Below are positions 12,747 to 25,149 of a stretch of 64,000 nt of DNA, piece after piece. This DNA is from Raillietiella orientalis. Taxonomy: Eukaryota. The stretch covers positions 4,402,001 through 4,466,000 of the forward strand of contig JAYWIR010000012.1 in the NCBI GenBank assembly GCA_036172245.1. The letters are read 5' to 3'. Under the pieces are notes generated by a model, which saw only the letters and a list, made by a program, of their open reading frames with translations, was not told the DNA's origin and did not search any database. The position numbers and the translations under genes were made by a program. How positions within the stretch are numbered: the first letter of the stretch is position 1; every line of letters begins with the position of its first letter.

Positions 12747-15599
12747 CCGCGCAATCGACAAAGCGTAATAGGACTGTGTGTTTTTGCTTATCCAGAACAA
12801 TCATCATCATCACTGTGGTACTGGATCCACGGACGGCTGTGATGATAATGTGTATATCTCTTTTAAGCAATAAAAACGAGCATGCATGCTCCAGCTGCTT
12901 GGCGATACCTTATGCATACATTCGCATATGAAGAAATCGCAACCACCTCCTCGTAAAGGTAAACAATTCCTCAACATGAGATCAAATGGTTATGTAAAAA
13001 TCCCAAAAACCAAGAAACGAGAGGAAGAAGTGAGTAGCTCGAGAGAATATTTCCAGTACGCTTAGGATTCGCTCAAGGATCATCATCTACAGGCTCCTTG
13101 CAATTTTTGTTCGCAGGGAATGCTGGAATTACAAACGAACGGTAATGAAAAATACGAAGAAACATAAATTCGCACCACGACTCTCCAAATGCTGAAGACA
13201 CTTGCTAGCAGAACCCAAGGATATTTGATCTGACAGCTGTCTAAACACATTTGCAAGGAATATAATTTTGCCTTTTTTTTTTTCTTTTTTATTCTTTTTG
13301 ATGTTTTAAAAAGCACATGTGGTACGTTGGGAAAGTGATAAAGTTTCGGTTTCAAGAGAGCTGACAACTGCGGACTTCGATTCGAATCCTAGGGAAGATT
13401 CGGGAGCTAGGCCGTTCCTTTTTTTAAAAAAACAAAACAAAACAAAACAAAACAAACGAAAACAAATAAAAGCGCGTTGCCGAAAACAAACACACATGGA
13501 TTCGGATAATTTATGCGTACGCGTACGCGCACGCAAACGCATACGTGCGCATGGGCAACAAACGTGGCCTTTTGTAGCGCTCGGGAAACAGAAGAAGGAA
13601 GCGAGTAAGTGGGGGTGGGGGAGGGAGGTTATGGTGGACCCTGCGTTTCCCGGGTCAGGAGGTGTCTTCGGTCGCCCCGGCCGCTTGACCGGGGAACCGA
13701 TTTCCACTGCGAAAAGCTGAGCTCCAAAACAGATCCGCGGCAATCCGCAGGAGGAGGAGGGGGAAGGAGGCTGGCGAGGAATACCCCAGAAGCCTCCTAA
13801 CAGTCGAACAGTCCCTCGAGGTTTCTGGACGCCCTGCGGGTCAGGCGCGCGTTGCTTCGCTGCCGCCGCGAGATCCAGCGAAACCGACGGAACCGGGAGA
13901 CCAGGAAGCGCGCGAGCGTAAGAAGGAAGGGAAGTGCGCGGTGCCTGGGGAGCGGAGCGCAGGGAGGGAGGGTGCGCGGGTGAACTCGCGGGACGGCGCG
14001 TCGAGAGGCCGTCCGGGAGCGCACTGCCTTGAAAACGACACTCCCGGGACCCCGGACGCTGGAGGCTGGGGAGAGTCTAGGGGCCGAGTCCGAATCGCCA
14101 AGCGGAGAGGACGGGAGGAGCCAGCAGGAGCACACGGTGTACCGTGCAAAGGCGCGGTCCGAGGTGGAGCTGCGCGCGCCACGTGCCCTGGGGCGATAAC
14201 CAGAGACCGTGTGCCCCGCCACCGAAGAGGCGGGGTCGACTGTCCCCTTCTCTTCCCCCACCCCTTCCCGTTCCGGCTCTCCCCTTCCAATCTGCGCGAT
14301 TCGCTTCCTGGACACGACGAGGCGTCGCCGCTCGCCTGGGAGGAGGGAGTCTTTTCGCGGATCTGGCCGTGACTGCGTGGATCCGAGACACCCCGATGGA
14401 CCAAAACTGCCGATGCGGGGGAAAAGAGAGGCGGAGGAGAGAAGTCTGGATCGAGCAGGGGAGGTCCCCCCCCCCTTCCCCGTGTTGGCTGTCGTGAGCC
14501 TCCTGACCGCCCTCGGTAAAGAGGGAACTTGGGGCAACCGTCGCCGAACCGAAAGGGGAAGGCTGAAAACCTCGCCTCCTCCCCACCAGCCCGGGCCCCG
14601 GACGCAGGGGCCGCAGCAGCTCCTGGCGCGCTCCGGAGCTGCTGCGGAGGAGCACTGGGGAGTGCACTGGTGCAGGGGCGGGTAGGTGGAAGGGGAGAGG
14701 GGATGAGGGACCAGTAAGCTGCACGCTCTCTCTTGCAGCCCGCCAGGCAAATGTGGCCCTCCGGAAGGAGGCTGGCAGGAGGCGATCCCGGGAGCGGCAA
14801 GAGTGGGAGGTGGCGAAACGCCCGCTTGCCGCCGCTGTGTGGCGTCGCGGAGCGCACCCGCGAGGGGGAGGAGGGGGAGAAAAACAGGAAGAAAAGGGGG
14901 AGAAGAAAAGGGAATGTGCCCTATGGGTGAGTTCTCGGGAGCCTCAGATGCCTACGGGAGGAGGAGGAGGAAGGGGGTAGCAGAGTATGTCCTCCCGGAA
15001 AACCACGCCTGCAAGCCCAGAGACGGGACGCCGGACATCTGTCCGGCTCCCGTCCTGCCCATCTGCCCCGAGCGAGCGAGGGCTCCTCCCGTCCCGGACA
15101 CAAGGAAAGATTCACCTCCCCTCCGCTCCCGCCCTCCAAGAGGCTCCCCTTGCACTCCAGGCGCCGCGCCCGTCGCTCCGGAAACCCTGTATCCGAATGG
15201 CGGTCCCTCGGTCTGCGACGAACACCCCACAGCTGCCCTCCAAGAATGGAGAGGGGGAGAGCCTCCCCCCGCGAGAAGCTGCGGACGAGAAGGCGCCGTG
15301 AGCCCACCCGCCCGGGCGGAGGGAGCGGAAGACGCGCAGGTGACGTGCGCGCCCCCCTCCCCTCCTCGCCCCGGGTCGTCCCTGCTCGTCTGGATGCAAG
15401 TCCCACCCGTCGCAGCCGAGGACCGCCTCAACCTCCTTCCGGAGGCTGCTCCGGAGGACCTGGCAAGGAGGGCGGGTGGCCTTCGCGGCGCCTCCCCACT
15501 CTCGCCCTCGCACCGCGGGGTTCAGCAGTGGTGGCGACCGACTGACTCACCGCCAGCTGCTCAGAAGGAAAGGTCGCGCGGAAGCTCTCGCAAGACGGT

Positions 15600-15780
15600 G
15601 AGACAGGCAGGGAAAGGCCGAGGAGGAAGGGGGAGGGAAGGAAGAAAAGGGGGAAGGAAGGAGGAGGCGGAAAGAGAGGGGGAAGAAAAGGAGAGGAAAA
15701 AGGGGAAGAGGAAGAGAGGAGGGGGGAGGAAGTGGAAGAGGAGGATGGGAAGGGAGCCGGGGGGAAGGAGGGGGACGAGC
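15600..15780. repeat. Polypurine (G/A) low-complexity tract
   Basis: About 180 nt almost entirely G and A on the + strand (ggaggaagggggagggaaggaagaaaagggg...). Confidence 0.8.
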
Positions 15781-16789
15781 AAGCGGCCACACCGGTGTCC
15801 AGGAAGAAGCGGCAAACTGCTGGCCCGCTAGCGGTCAAAGGGACTTCCGACGCCTCGCGTTCCTCGCCGGCTGCTGATCCTACTGCCCCGGTAGCTCCCC
15901 TTTTTCCAGTGGGGGAGCGTGAGAGGAGGAGTGGGAAGGAAGGGATCGGAAGGGTTTGAGGACCGGGAGCAGGGGAAGAGCCGGGCGTACAACCAGGAAG
16001 ATTTTCATGCCGCCTTCCTCCTCCTCCTCCTTCCTCTGGATTCCTCTCGGGAAGGGGCATTAGCCTCCGCAGCAAGGCGGCGGCGCTAGCCGAGAGGTGC
16101 TCGTGTCAGCCCGAAAAGGGGAATCCTATCTTACCGCAGCCGCCCTTGCCTCTTCTTCCCGCGGGCCCGGAGGAGCGAAGGAGGCAGCTGGACCGAAGGG
16201 AAGCGGCGTCCCGGAGGGCGCTTACGACGCCTCCCCCAGATCGGGGGTGAGTGCGGGAGCGGATAGGGAGAGGCCCGCTCGAGTGGGGACCCCTTCGTGC
16301 CGCACGGCCTCACCCTTGCGCCCTCCCGCTGCTCACATAACCACTCGCTGGGCCCCGGGGGCTTCTTGGCTCACCCGCCAGGGGGGCGAAGCTCCCGGTT
16401 CCCCCGCGCTAGGAGGTCGGAGGAGGAGAAGGGTTGAGAGGAGTTTCACTCGAGAGGCAGGAAGAAAGGGGTGGGGGGGCACCGGAAAACCAAGCAATAG
16501 GCAACGTCAGCGGGGGGGGGGGGGGGGGGACGAAGAGACGACCTTGCTCACCCTCCTCTTCTGTGACTGAACCATGACGCCCTGAGCGAAGGGAGGAGCT
16601 TCACGAGGGGGAGGGGGAAGAGGCAGGGAAGACGGACGGTATCGGGGACGTGGGACGCACAGCCGCGGCTTCGGACGGGAGAGGAAGGTCTCTCGAACGT
16701 ATGGCTGGCGTTCCCAGGTTCCGAGGGGCCCTGCGACGAGTGGGAGAGGGGAGGAATGCAGTCGAATGGGGGGAAAAACATGGCGCGCG

Positions 16790-17050
16790 CCTCTCTCCGG
16801 GAAGCGTCGGAGGCAGCGATCTCAGGCAATGACGTCGTGGGACGGGATCGTTCGCCGCGCCTCCGGCAGGAAGGAACCACGTAGGACCGTCGGGGCAGAT
16901 GGAAAGCCGGGATGACGCGCGTGAGCGCGAGAGAGAGGGAGGAGGGAGCACGTGCGCCGCCGACGCGGATTCGACCTTCCTGGAGGTCGGGGCTGGAGCG
17001 GGGGGACCTTCCCTGACCTCTCGGTGAGTGTGAGAGGAAGGCTGTCAATC
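16790..17050 (+). mobile_element. Diverged partial copy of the dispersed repeat at 24.5-25.1 kb and 55.7-56.4 kb, in opposite orientation
   Basis: The reverse complement contains ctccaggaaggtcgaatcc, gcgtcatccc and cccacgacgtcatt, matching gaaggtcgactccc / cagcgtcatctt / cccacgacgcact in the 24.9-25.06 kb copy, in the same order. Confidence 0.35.
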
Positions 17051-20000
17051 TCCAGTCCCCTGGGAGCTCGACGAAGCGCTGAACTCTGAACTGTCCGCTT
17101 CCTGGGGGCCAGCAGCTTCGAGGGCGGCGATCCCGGAAGTCTGAACGAGGTCTCCTTCCGCCTCTTCCCAAAGCTCCGCCTTCCTTAGGGCGCGGTGCGT
17201 CGCGAATGGTCGGAAGGAGCTGGCCCGGAGCGTGTCCAGAGGGAGAGGGAAACACGAGGTCGTCCCTCTCGGTTCTCCTAGGATCATCCCCTGACGCGGG
17301 GGTGTCCCTAGCGCAGCGAGTCTCTTGGGACTCCCCAGATTCGCTTCTGGGGAGGAAAGGGAGGGGGGTGACGGCCCGTCCGGACCCGTCCCAGCTGCCC
17401 GGCCCGGTGGGGTCCACCCACGAAGGCGCGTGGGGTTCCCGTCCCGACTCTGGCCACAGCCGGGCGTCCCAGTGCCGAGCAGGCGGAGCGCGCTGTCGGT
17501 TTCGCGGCCCTCACGGCGGGCCAAGGGAATGGCTCGCTCGGGGGAAAATGCTCTCCGCTTCCGAACGCTCCGGCCCCTGACCCGGGGCCATACCGCCGGG
17601 AAGGAGCCACCTCCAGCGCTCGCAGAGTTTCCAGTAGCGCGGGCAGACTTTTTTCCCTTTCCGTCGCTTCTCTCAGGGACACCTGGGGATGCGTATGTGT
17701 CCCTTCCCCTCCCCACCCTTGCTTCTCTCCCTGCCCCATGCATGCCACCTCAGGAAGAAACAGGAACAAAAAGAGAGGGAGGAGGGGGAGGGATGCCTGC
17801 CGGTTGCCAAGTCGTGGATGCCACGCGTTCGTTCTAGCGACGGAAGTCGCTACCCAGCTTGATGGGAGACCTGGAGCATTACCCCTCCCCCCAGGAGCTT
17901 CGGGTGATTTCCGGTAGCGACTTCCACATCGCGAGGGAAGCGGCGCTCCCTCGCACGGGACCCTTCGGATTGCCCTTCAGCGCTCTTTGACCCTCAGGAC
18001 GCGTCCCCCATCCCATCTCCCGAGGAGGGGGGCGCTGCGGAGGTCCTCCTTCTGCGCCGCGTGGAAGGGACTCATCCACCCCCTCCGGCGCCGGCCGGTG
18101 TCCCTCACCCCTCCATGATTACCCCGGGGGGGCTCCGACAGCCGGGCGGGGGAGTCCGCGGACCGAAAGGCGCGCCAAGGTCCCTCTGCAGTTCACCCGG
18201 ACCCCCGAGAGAAGAGGTTCCCACGACAGGGGTCACCATGGCGACCCGGACTCCCGCCTCTTTGGGTGGTCCGCACCGACATCCACGTCGGCGCACGCGT
18301 GCCGGGAACATCGCCGGGACACGGGGAAGGGAAGGCAGGAAGAGGAGGATCTGCTGCCTCGGTTCCCAGAAAATGTGGTCCAGAGTCTCCCGACGAGATG
18401 GCCTGAAGGAATCCATCTGGGAACGCTTGGGGAAGGGACACGAAGGCGTTTCCGAGCCGCCTGTGCTTCCCACGGGAACGGCCTCTGCTCGCACTGGAAC
18501 GGGAAACGGAAGAGGGACCGTCTATCGCGGTGCCAGCTGATCCCGTGGGAAACGCAGCCGTGGCGTTCCCTCAAAGAGCTCCTCCCCTTCCCCTCTTCCT
18601 CCTCCCCCCCACGCTCCTGAGAGACAACGGCGGGAAAATCGCCCTTCGGAGGGGACGTCGGGGGAGCGACCGGGGGTGCCCCCACAGGCTACCCGAACGC
18701 CTTCGCCTTCTTCCCGGAGAAGACTCGCGCGGGGCGCGCGCCAGTCGGTAAGTTGGCCCAGCGTGCGCGCGGCGGCGGCAGGAGGGAGCGCTCGTGGGAG
18801 AAGCAGAAAAGGCGGTCGACGTTCCCGGTGCGCGCGCTCGAGGCAACGGGTCGGCTGAGTCCCTGCGATGGGGAAAGGGGGAGGGGGGAAGTACCCGGCG
18901 AACCACATCCTTCCCCGAGCGATGGCCGTTCCCCTGGAAACGACCGGGAGACGGCCGTCCTCTGCGCCTCAAGCAGCGAACGGCGTTTCGCGAAAACGTC
19001 TTTTTCCCTCCTCGTCTCCTTCCCCTCCCCCTCCCTCTCTTTCGCGTGCGCGCCGCGCTCCTTCGCGTAGGTGATGGGGGGGGGGGGGGGAGAAAGGAAA
19101 GTAAAGCGAGGCGCGCGCGAAGGTGACGCCGCGCGGCGGGCCCACACCGTACTACCTGTCACTGCGGCATTCTCCGGGCGCGCATCCGCCGGCACAGTCG
19201 GGAGCGAGAGCGCTGCTGCTGCAACCACGGGAACCAGGCGAGGTACTGAGTGCTGCCAGCTCGCTTGGCGCTTGCGGCGGCGGACGGCGGAATCGACACC
19301 TGCCGCCGCCGGCAGCAGCTGGGAGCGCCGCCTTGCGCCGCACCGGTTCCCCGAGCGAGGGGAGGGACGAAGCAGGAAGGCGGCTCCTCCCTGTGGACGC
19401 TTCCTGGGGCTGCTGAGTCGTCCTCGTCGTCGTCACCATCCGTCGTCGTGCGACTTCGTGGGGTTGAGGGACACCGCTGCGCGCGCGCTTCCCTTGCCCC
19501 TTTTCTCCCCCCAGCAGGAGAGGGAGTCGGGCGCCTCCTCTTCGTCTTCCGGGGGTAGAGCTTTCGTTCTGGGTTTCCCTCCTCCCCCGCCCAGCCTGCT
19601 CACAGCAAAACCCCTGGGGGCACCACCGGTTTCCGAAGTGCGGCAGCTCTGCTGGGAGGGAGGGGAGGGGGGGAGGTCAGAGAAGACTCGCTCCCGAGCC
19701 TCAACACGCCATCCGGCTGACAAAGAGGCTTCCCGGAAGCCCTGGACGCGGCAGCGTGCTGCGTCGCGCGATCGGATGCTGCTGCGCCTTTAGCAACTCC
19801 ATCCCTGCGCGGCGGCGGCGGCGGCCAGGCGGGAGGAGGGACAGGCAAGCGCCAGACCGCCGCTTCTTCTCGACGATCCGGAGGTTCACAGGGAAGGAAG
19901 CGCTCCTCAAGACGAGAGGTGAGGAGGCGGCCACCTGACTCTCCGAGCCTCCCTTCGGACTGGCGAGCCACCGTAGAGGGCACAGGATGAGGAAGGGAGG

Positions 20001-20149
20001 GGGCAGTCGCCGACGACAACGATATCTCCTCGAGGGATTCCGCGCGCTCGACTGGCGCGCCCACAAGCCGTGTGTGTGAGTGAGTGTGTGTGTGTGTGAG
20101 GGGGAGGATGAGAGGTGCCTGCTGTTCGACCGCGCGCGTGCATGCGGAA

Positions 20150-20750
20150 TGAGACAGTTGACGTTAAGCCGCCACAGATGCGGTGCAGATGCGGTGTTAA
20201 AGCCCTGTAATAGCCACCTCCGAGAGCTCGTGACTCCTTTCACCATCCCGCAGTTCACCAAGAGGAGGAAGAAGAAAAAAGCAGGCTTACCCTCGTTCCT
20301 CCGCTCGCTAAGAACGAGGAGCATCGATTTTGCTGTGCTCAGCGCCGACCCTGCGCGACCCGTCCAACATCCGAGCCAAATAAAAAAAAAAACAACCTCA
20401 GGCGACCCTACTCGGATGCGGGAAATCGCTCCGCGGGAGGGCAAGTGCGAACGACTCTTCCCTTGCAAAACGAGGAGGTATGTTGCCACCCACCCACCCT
20501 CCCTTAGTTTTCGATTGTGCTCTCCATGGCTTCCCTTCCGAACGACACGCGCACGGATCTCTGAGAACACCGACGTTTTCGTTCCCCCCCCCCCTTCCCC
20601 CTCCCCTTCCCTTCCCTTCCTGCCGCTTTCTTCGCTACTTTCAAAGGAGGAACGGAGCACCTGGTCAGCGAGGTCCACATTCTTTCGCACGCTGAGACGA
20701 ACCTGGCGCTTACGTGATGACCAAGACTGTTGGCGCGGCCAGGACTCAAG
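20150..20750 (-). mobile_element. Decayed non-LTR RT core
   Basis: ORF 19701-20690(-) reads SVFSEIRARVVRKGSHGEHNRKLREGGWVATYL (cf. aVFlDi.kAfd.vsH..llrKL..yG...Wi.sYL), WTGRAGSALST (cf. GvpQGSaLSp), LLQGFNTASAPHLWRLNVN (cf. LQealn.l..W..kWrlkvN). Confidence 0.55.
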
Positions 20751-20949
20751 ACGATTTTTTCCTTGGCGGCGAAGTTCTCCTCTTAAACTCGAGCTTGGTT
20801 CTTTGCTCTCCCCGGGCGACTTCCCGCCTCACCGCGTCGCCTCTCTGGCCGCCCTCGCGAGCCGGCAGGGGTGTTGAGCTGTGAGGTGTGACCGGTTCTT
20901 CTCACCGCGGCTGCCTGTGCCCTCTGATGCTAGAGCAAAGGGTCACCCC

Positions 20950-23900
20950 GGCGCTAAGGAGCAAGAGGAGAAATCAGCTTCTTCCTTGGTTGCAGGAGGA
21001 CCGTCTGTTGCCGGGGAGATTTGAAGTGCATGAGCAGCATCTGCGTCCCAGGAACCCGCATTTCTTCCTGCGAAGCATATGATGCAGCAGCTGGTGCAAA
21101 GGCGACAGCGGAAACGGACGAAGGCAAGCTCGCAGCTGAACGAACGGCCTTCTCCTCGGACACACCTGGTCGGCCCCATCACCCCTCGCGGTCCAGACTC
21201 CCCTTGTCTGCAGGGTATGCCCTTATCGACCGGAGGGCCAAGTCTTCCAGCTTGACTCTGAGACTTCTGGAGGGCAAGCAGAGGGTGGCAGGTGCAGCCC
21301 CCTTGCGAGATGTTGCATCCTCCATGTGCCGAGAAAGCCGACGGTTTGACTTGTCCCTTGAGTCACTGGGATCGTTGATCCATAGAGAACGCAGAGACGC
21401 GTGCCAAACCCCAAGCCTCTTTGTTTGCAGGATCATTGAGTCACCACATGGAGTAGTTTTCTGACCCTCCCAGCCTTCCTCTTCCTCCGGTTGCCAACTT
21501 TTCTCGCCGCGCCCGTTCACGAGTCGCTCTCCTTTCCTCAGTATTCCCGAAATTCTGCTTTTGCAGTCTTTCAGTAAATAAAGAAGGGCGGGAGCGTGAA
21601 ATCTACGCCGTGGTCCACTTGGCAATGCATAACGGCGCTGACAGCACCACCGGCAGTCAGTCGCATCTCGTCTCCAAGAGTAAGGAGGCACACACGGACG
21701 ACGACGACTTCGCGGAAGTCCTCTGCTGTGCTCTGATCTCGAAGAAGCCCCCAGCACTGTGCTGGTTATGCATTGTGTGAGAAAGTCAAGGTCAGGAGAA
21801 GTAGAAAAATCGCTGAGGAAGTGCCGAGACAAATGGAAACTGAGGTCAGCAGCATTGAATCAGATGAAGCTGCCGTAACTGCGTGACAGCACCATCTGGA
21901 CGACGGATCTCCTCGTTTGTTAAGTACAAAGGAAAATAAATTGAAGAAAATACTGCGGAGGAGCATGCTGCTGCCTCCCCGAACCCATCAACTTCTGCTG
22001 GCAGACTCCGGATGACTCTGATGCCGCCGCTGAGACTCCATCAATCACCACTAACCTGGCCATCCAAAGAAACCGGCTCGAAGATAGCACGCTTCCCTTT
22101 GAGATCAGAGATGAAAACTTGAACGATGGAAGACGAGATCCCAGCGAATTTCCTTCAAAGTTTTCGGGGCATCCCGGATCCTGGAGGCAGCCACCAGTTC
22201 TTCAGACACGCGACAGATGCAGGTTCTCCTGGATGGAAAAAAATAATGGACGTGACAATTTTCGACACGGAAAGGGTCATTCTTCACTCTCCAAGACGAG
22301 GTTTCGATGGTTCTTTGACGGTAAACAGTGAACGAGGATGGAGGCTTTCCCGTCATGACTGTATCAAAAGAAAAGAAACCGTCTTCCGTTTCTTCGAGGA
22401 AATCCATGCAACGGTACCGGTCTTGCGTTTCCTGCTATCCTAACTGTGCAGTTTTCCTCCATTCCACACACACCAGGAATCGGTGGCGCAACGAAGATGT
22501 AACATCTGATTTCACAACGCAGTCTTGCCCAAACTGCTGGGGAAACTGTTTTATCAGCCCGATCATCAGAAAGGCTTGAAAACATTTTCGCTCCACATAA
22601 TGAAACTTGCAGCCTGGCATTCTGGCAGGCAGATAAACACATTATGGAGCCTATCCTCGAGAAAACGTGAGGAATCTTTCGAGAGTAAGCTTGCCCATGG
22701 AGACGGAAAAAAAAAAAGTCTCGTGCAGTTTGCTCTTGGCAGGTTCCAAAATTCACGCTCGATTTCTGCACACCGACCTTCACACAGCTGGAACTCACAG
22801 GGATCCACTCCCCATTGCGTTTGTTTGCCTTTCACACACTTCTCCATATTTTGACCGCAATCCTTTTTTTTTTTTTTTTTTTCCTTTGGGAGGGAGAGGA
22901 GAAGAAACCTTCTTCCATCTTCTGGTCATCAAATCGCAAGCGGCTACATTTTAAGGAACGATTTTTTTGGTTTTTTTCTTTTTCGAACGGCTCAAGTCGA
23001 AAAAAAAAAAAAAAAAAGGTTCTGGATGGATGACACCTCCGCTAGGATGAATCACCACCACTTCACGTGGTTATTTGATCTTTCTTGCAGATCGACCGTC
23101 TGAGCAGCTCCTCGCTTCCAATAAGCATATGTAAGGCAATCGGCTGCATTTCACTGAGACTTCGAAATCGACCGACCAGAGTTCAAAAAGAAGGAAAATC
23201 GCTGCCTCCCCTGCACTTTGGTACCAATAGGTCGCACACGAATTCGATGGGAAGTAGGTTCACTCGAAATGCAGGCAGGAAGAGGAAATGCCTGTTTCGT
23301 CTCCTGGAGACTTATATTAGAAAAGCTAACTTGTGTGTACTTTGGTGTGCTTGGCGGTACTGACTCTCTCCAGAAGTACGTCTTAAAAAATAGCACGCAT
23401 AGGTTTTCTGAACTTCCTAAGGTTTCAAGTCGAGAATTTACCAGGGAATGAAACAACTCTCTAAAATCCCTCACTGGCCCGTGGGTCCTCTGTAGCTCCT
23501 CCTCGGGTAGAATCTCTCGAGCTGCGAAATGAAAAAGGTGCGTCCACGAGACAAAGAAACGATTCCTCGTCAAGGAAATTGTACGGGCGCATTCCTTGAT
23601 CGTTCTGGAAGACAGATCTGAAGGAGCCGGAGAGAAGATAGGAGAAAAACAAAACAAAACAACCAATGCCAAAGTCACCAAGAACGCCGTAGTCTCGTCA
23701 GCAGGCAGGTGGACTGCGCAACAGCTGCTTGATCTCAACTATCCACAAAGACTATCCCCGGAAGGGGTGGTAATTGTCAGGTTAGTCAGAAGTCACAGTA
23801 TGCAGTTAGCCGCCGGCGACTCCCGTTCAAATGATTCAGGAACTCAAGTCCAAACCTTCCTTGCTAAAGTAAGAGAAAGAGGTAAGTTCACCCTATTCCC

Positions 23901-23950
23901 CCTAAGAGTGTCGGCGATCATCTCTTGAGTCTTTTTCAGTTGGTCTCTTT
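20950..23950 (+). mobile_element. Near full-length decayed CR1-clade LINE ORF2 (APE endonuclease remnant, linker, RT, C-terminal region)
   Basis: Best-preserved fossil. GDLKC (~21016; cf. GDfN); EDEIPANFLQ..SHQFF..GSPGWKKIMDVTIF (22129-22263; cf. gpDEIPArFLk..shlF..PedWKkAnVtpIF); SCYPNCAVFL..DVTSDF (cf. SCltNlleFL..DViylDF); LLGKL..AAWHSGRQ..KLAHG (cf. gvPQG); LQIDRLS (~23085); LEKLTCVYFGVL; LKSLTGPWVLCSSS (cf. yKSLvrPhleycSS); RSHSMQL (~23788; cf. CR1 tRgHSmkL). Many frameshifts and poly-A/T insertions; no intact YADD. Confidence 0.7.
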
Positions 23951-24479
23951 GAAAACGGGAATCTTATCTCCTGACGATGCCATCCTCTCTTCCATTTGTC
24001 TCATCTCTTTCTTTTTCGTTTCCTGCGGTGTCCTCGAGCACAAAATCCTTGTTCTCTTAGTCTCCAGCGACCTCCCTCACTAGCACATTGGGAGGTGTCC
24101 GAAGCGGTTGACCTGAAGGTCCGCGCGGGTCACCGTGGAACCTGGGCGAAGACGTTTAGCTGCAAACTTTCTCTTTCGTGTCGAGTGTTTAGAGAAGCGG
24201 GAAGTGAATACATTGCAATGAGACTTGGTGTGACTACAGGAGCAGGAGGACTAGGACACGCAGAAAAGTAGTTTCCGATGAGTGGAGCTCTGGGTCAGAG
24301 CGTGCCGGTGTTGAAGCAGGGAACCGAGCCACGTTACAGTGGAATAATAAAGGCACCTTCTTAACCATCTGTCTTCGCAGTTCTTCGACACGGTTCCACG
24401 CCACCCGAGGGTGGGTAATTCTTCAAGATAGGGGGTACCCCGGAAGAGGCCCGCCCTATGAATCCAGGAAGCGCTTGGA

Positions 24480-25130
24480 GTCCGTTCCTCTCACGCCTCG
24501 GGAGGGATCCCCCTGGAAAGGAGGGGTGGATCAGACCTCCACCCTGGTTGTCTCCGAAGGGGAACCCTGATCGGAATCTGCTTCCTCATTCTCTCCGGAG
24601 GAACCCCGGGGGGTCTGCTCCATTCTTTCTTCTCTGAAGGGAACCCGGAAAGGATCCGATCCTGGAATTTCTTCTCCGGAGGGATCTCCCTCAAGGGATC
24701 CGCTCCTGTTTTTACTCCTCTGAAGAGAAGCCAGAAAGGACGCTTCCGAAATTCAGAAGGACGCAGCTTCCCCGAAGGGATCGGTTCGCTTCTCTGCACT
24801 CTCTGGAAAGGTGGTGGCGACACAGCTACTCCATCAGTACGACCCGGAGGGTCCCCCTGGGAAGGGGGGGTCCGCTCCTTCACAACCGGAGGGGAAGAAC
24901 TCCCACTGGGTGATTCCTGGAAGGACCCGAAGGTCGACTCCCATTTGTCCCGGTCCTCGTCGGGGGCATCCGGTTTGAACCGCTACCTGTGCCGCACCCG
25001 AATGAAGATAGGCCGACCAGCGTCATCTTGTGGGGTGAACTCGGAACCCACGACGCACTGCGTCGATTCCTTCGGAGTATTCGAACCCATGATCTGCGAA
25101 TCAGATTCCTAGAGAAGCCATGCTTGCTTT
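24480..25130 (-). mobile_element. Dispersed repeat with a tRNA-type B box at its minus-strand 5' end and internal ~40-nt tandem units (candidate SINE)
   Basis: Shares gaagggaacccggaaaggatcc (24636-24657; 21/22 identical to 56011-56032), gggggcatcc and ccgcacccgaat (24992-25003 = 56282-56293) with the 56 kb copy. Minus-strand GGTTCGAATAC at 25077-25087. About five degenerate units of tctc(c/t)g(a/g)agggaaccc..ggatccgctcc lie at 24551-24750. Confidence 0.55.
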
Positions 25131-25149
25131 TCTATGAGCAAGAGAGGGA

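Noticed and set aside
13841..14857. Additional RT fossil on the minus strand (SSCPGSES..PLRWRGTRSLVI)
   Set aside because: Only two vague motif resemblances in very GC-rich sequence; too weak to list as a feature without an HMM search.
24551..24750. CRISPR-like array from the ~40-nt periodicity
   Set aside because: Units are degenerate tandem copies without unique spacers, there are no cas genes, and the context is eukaryotic.
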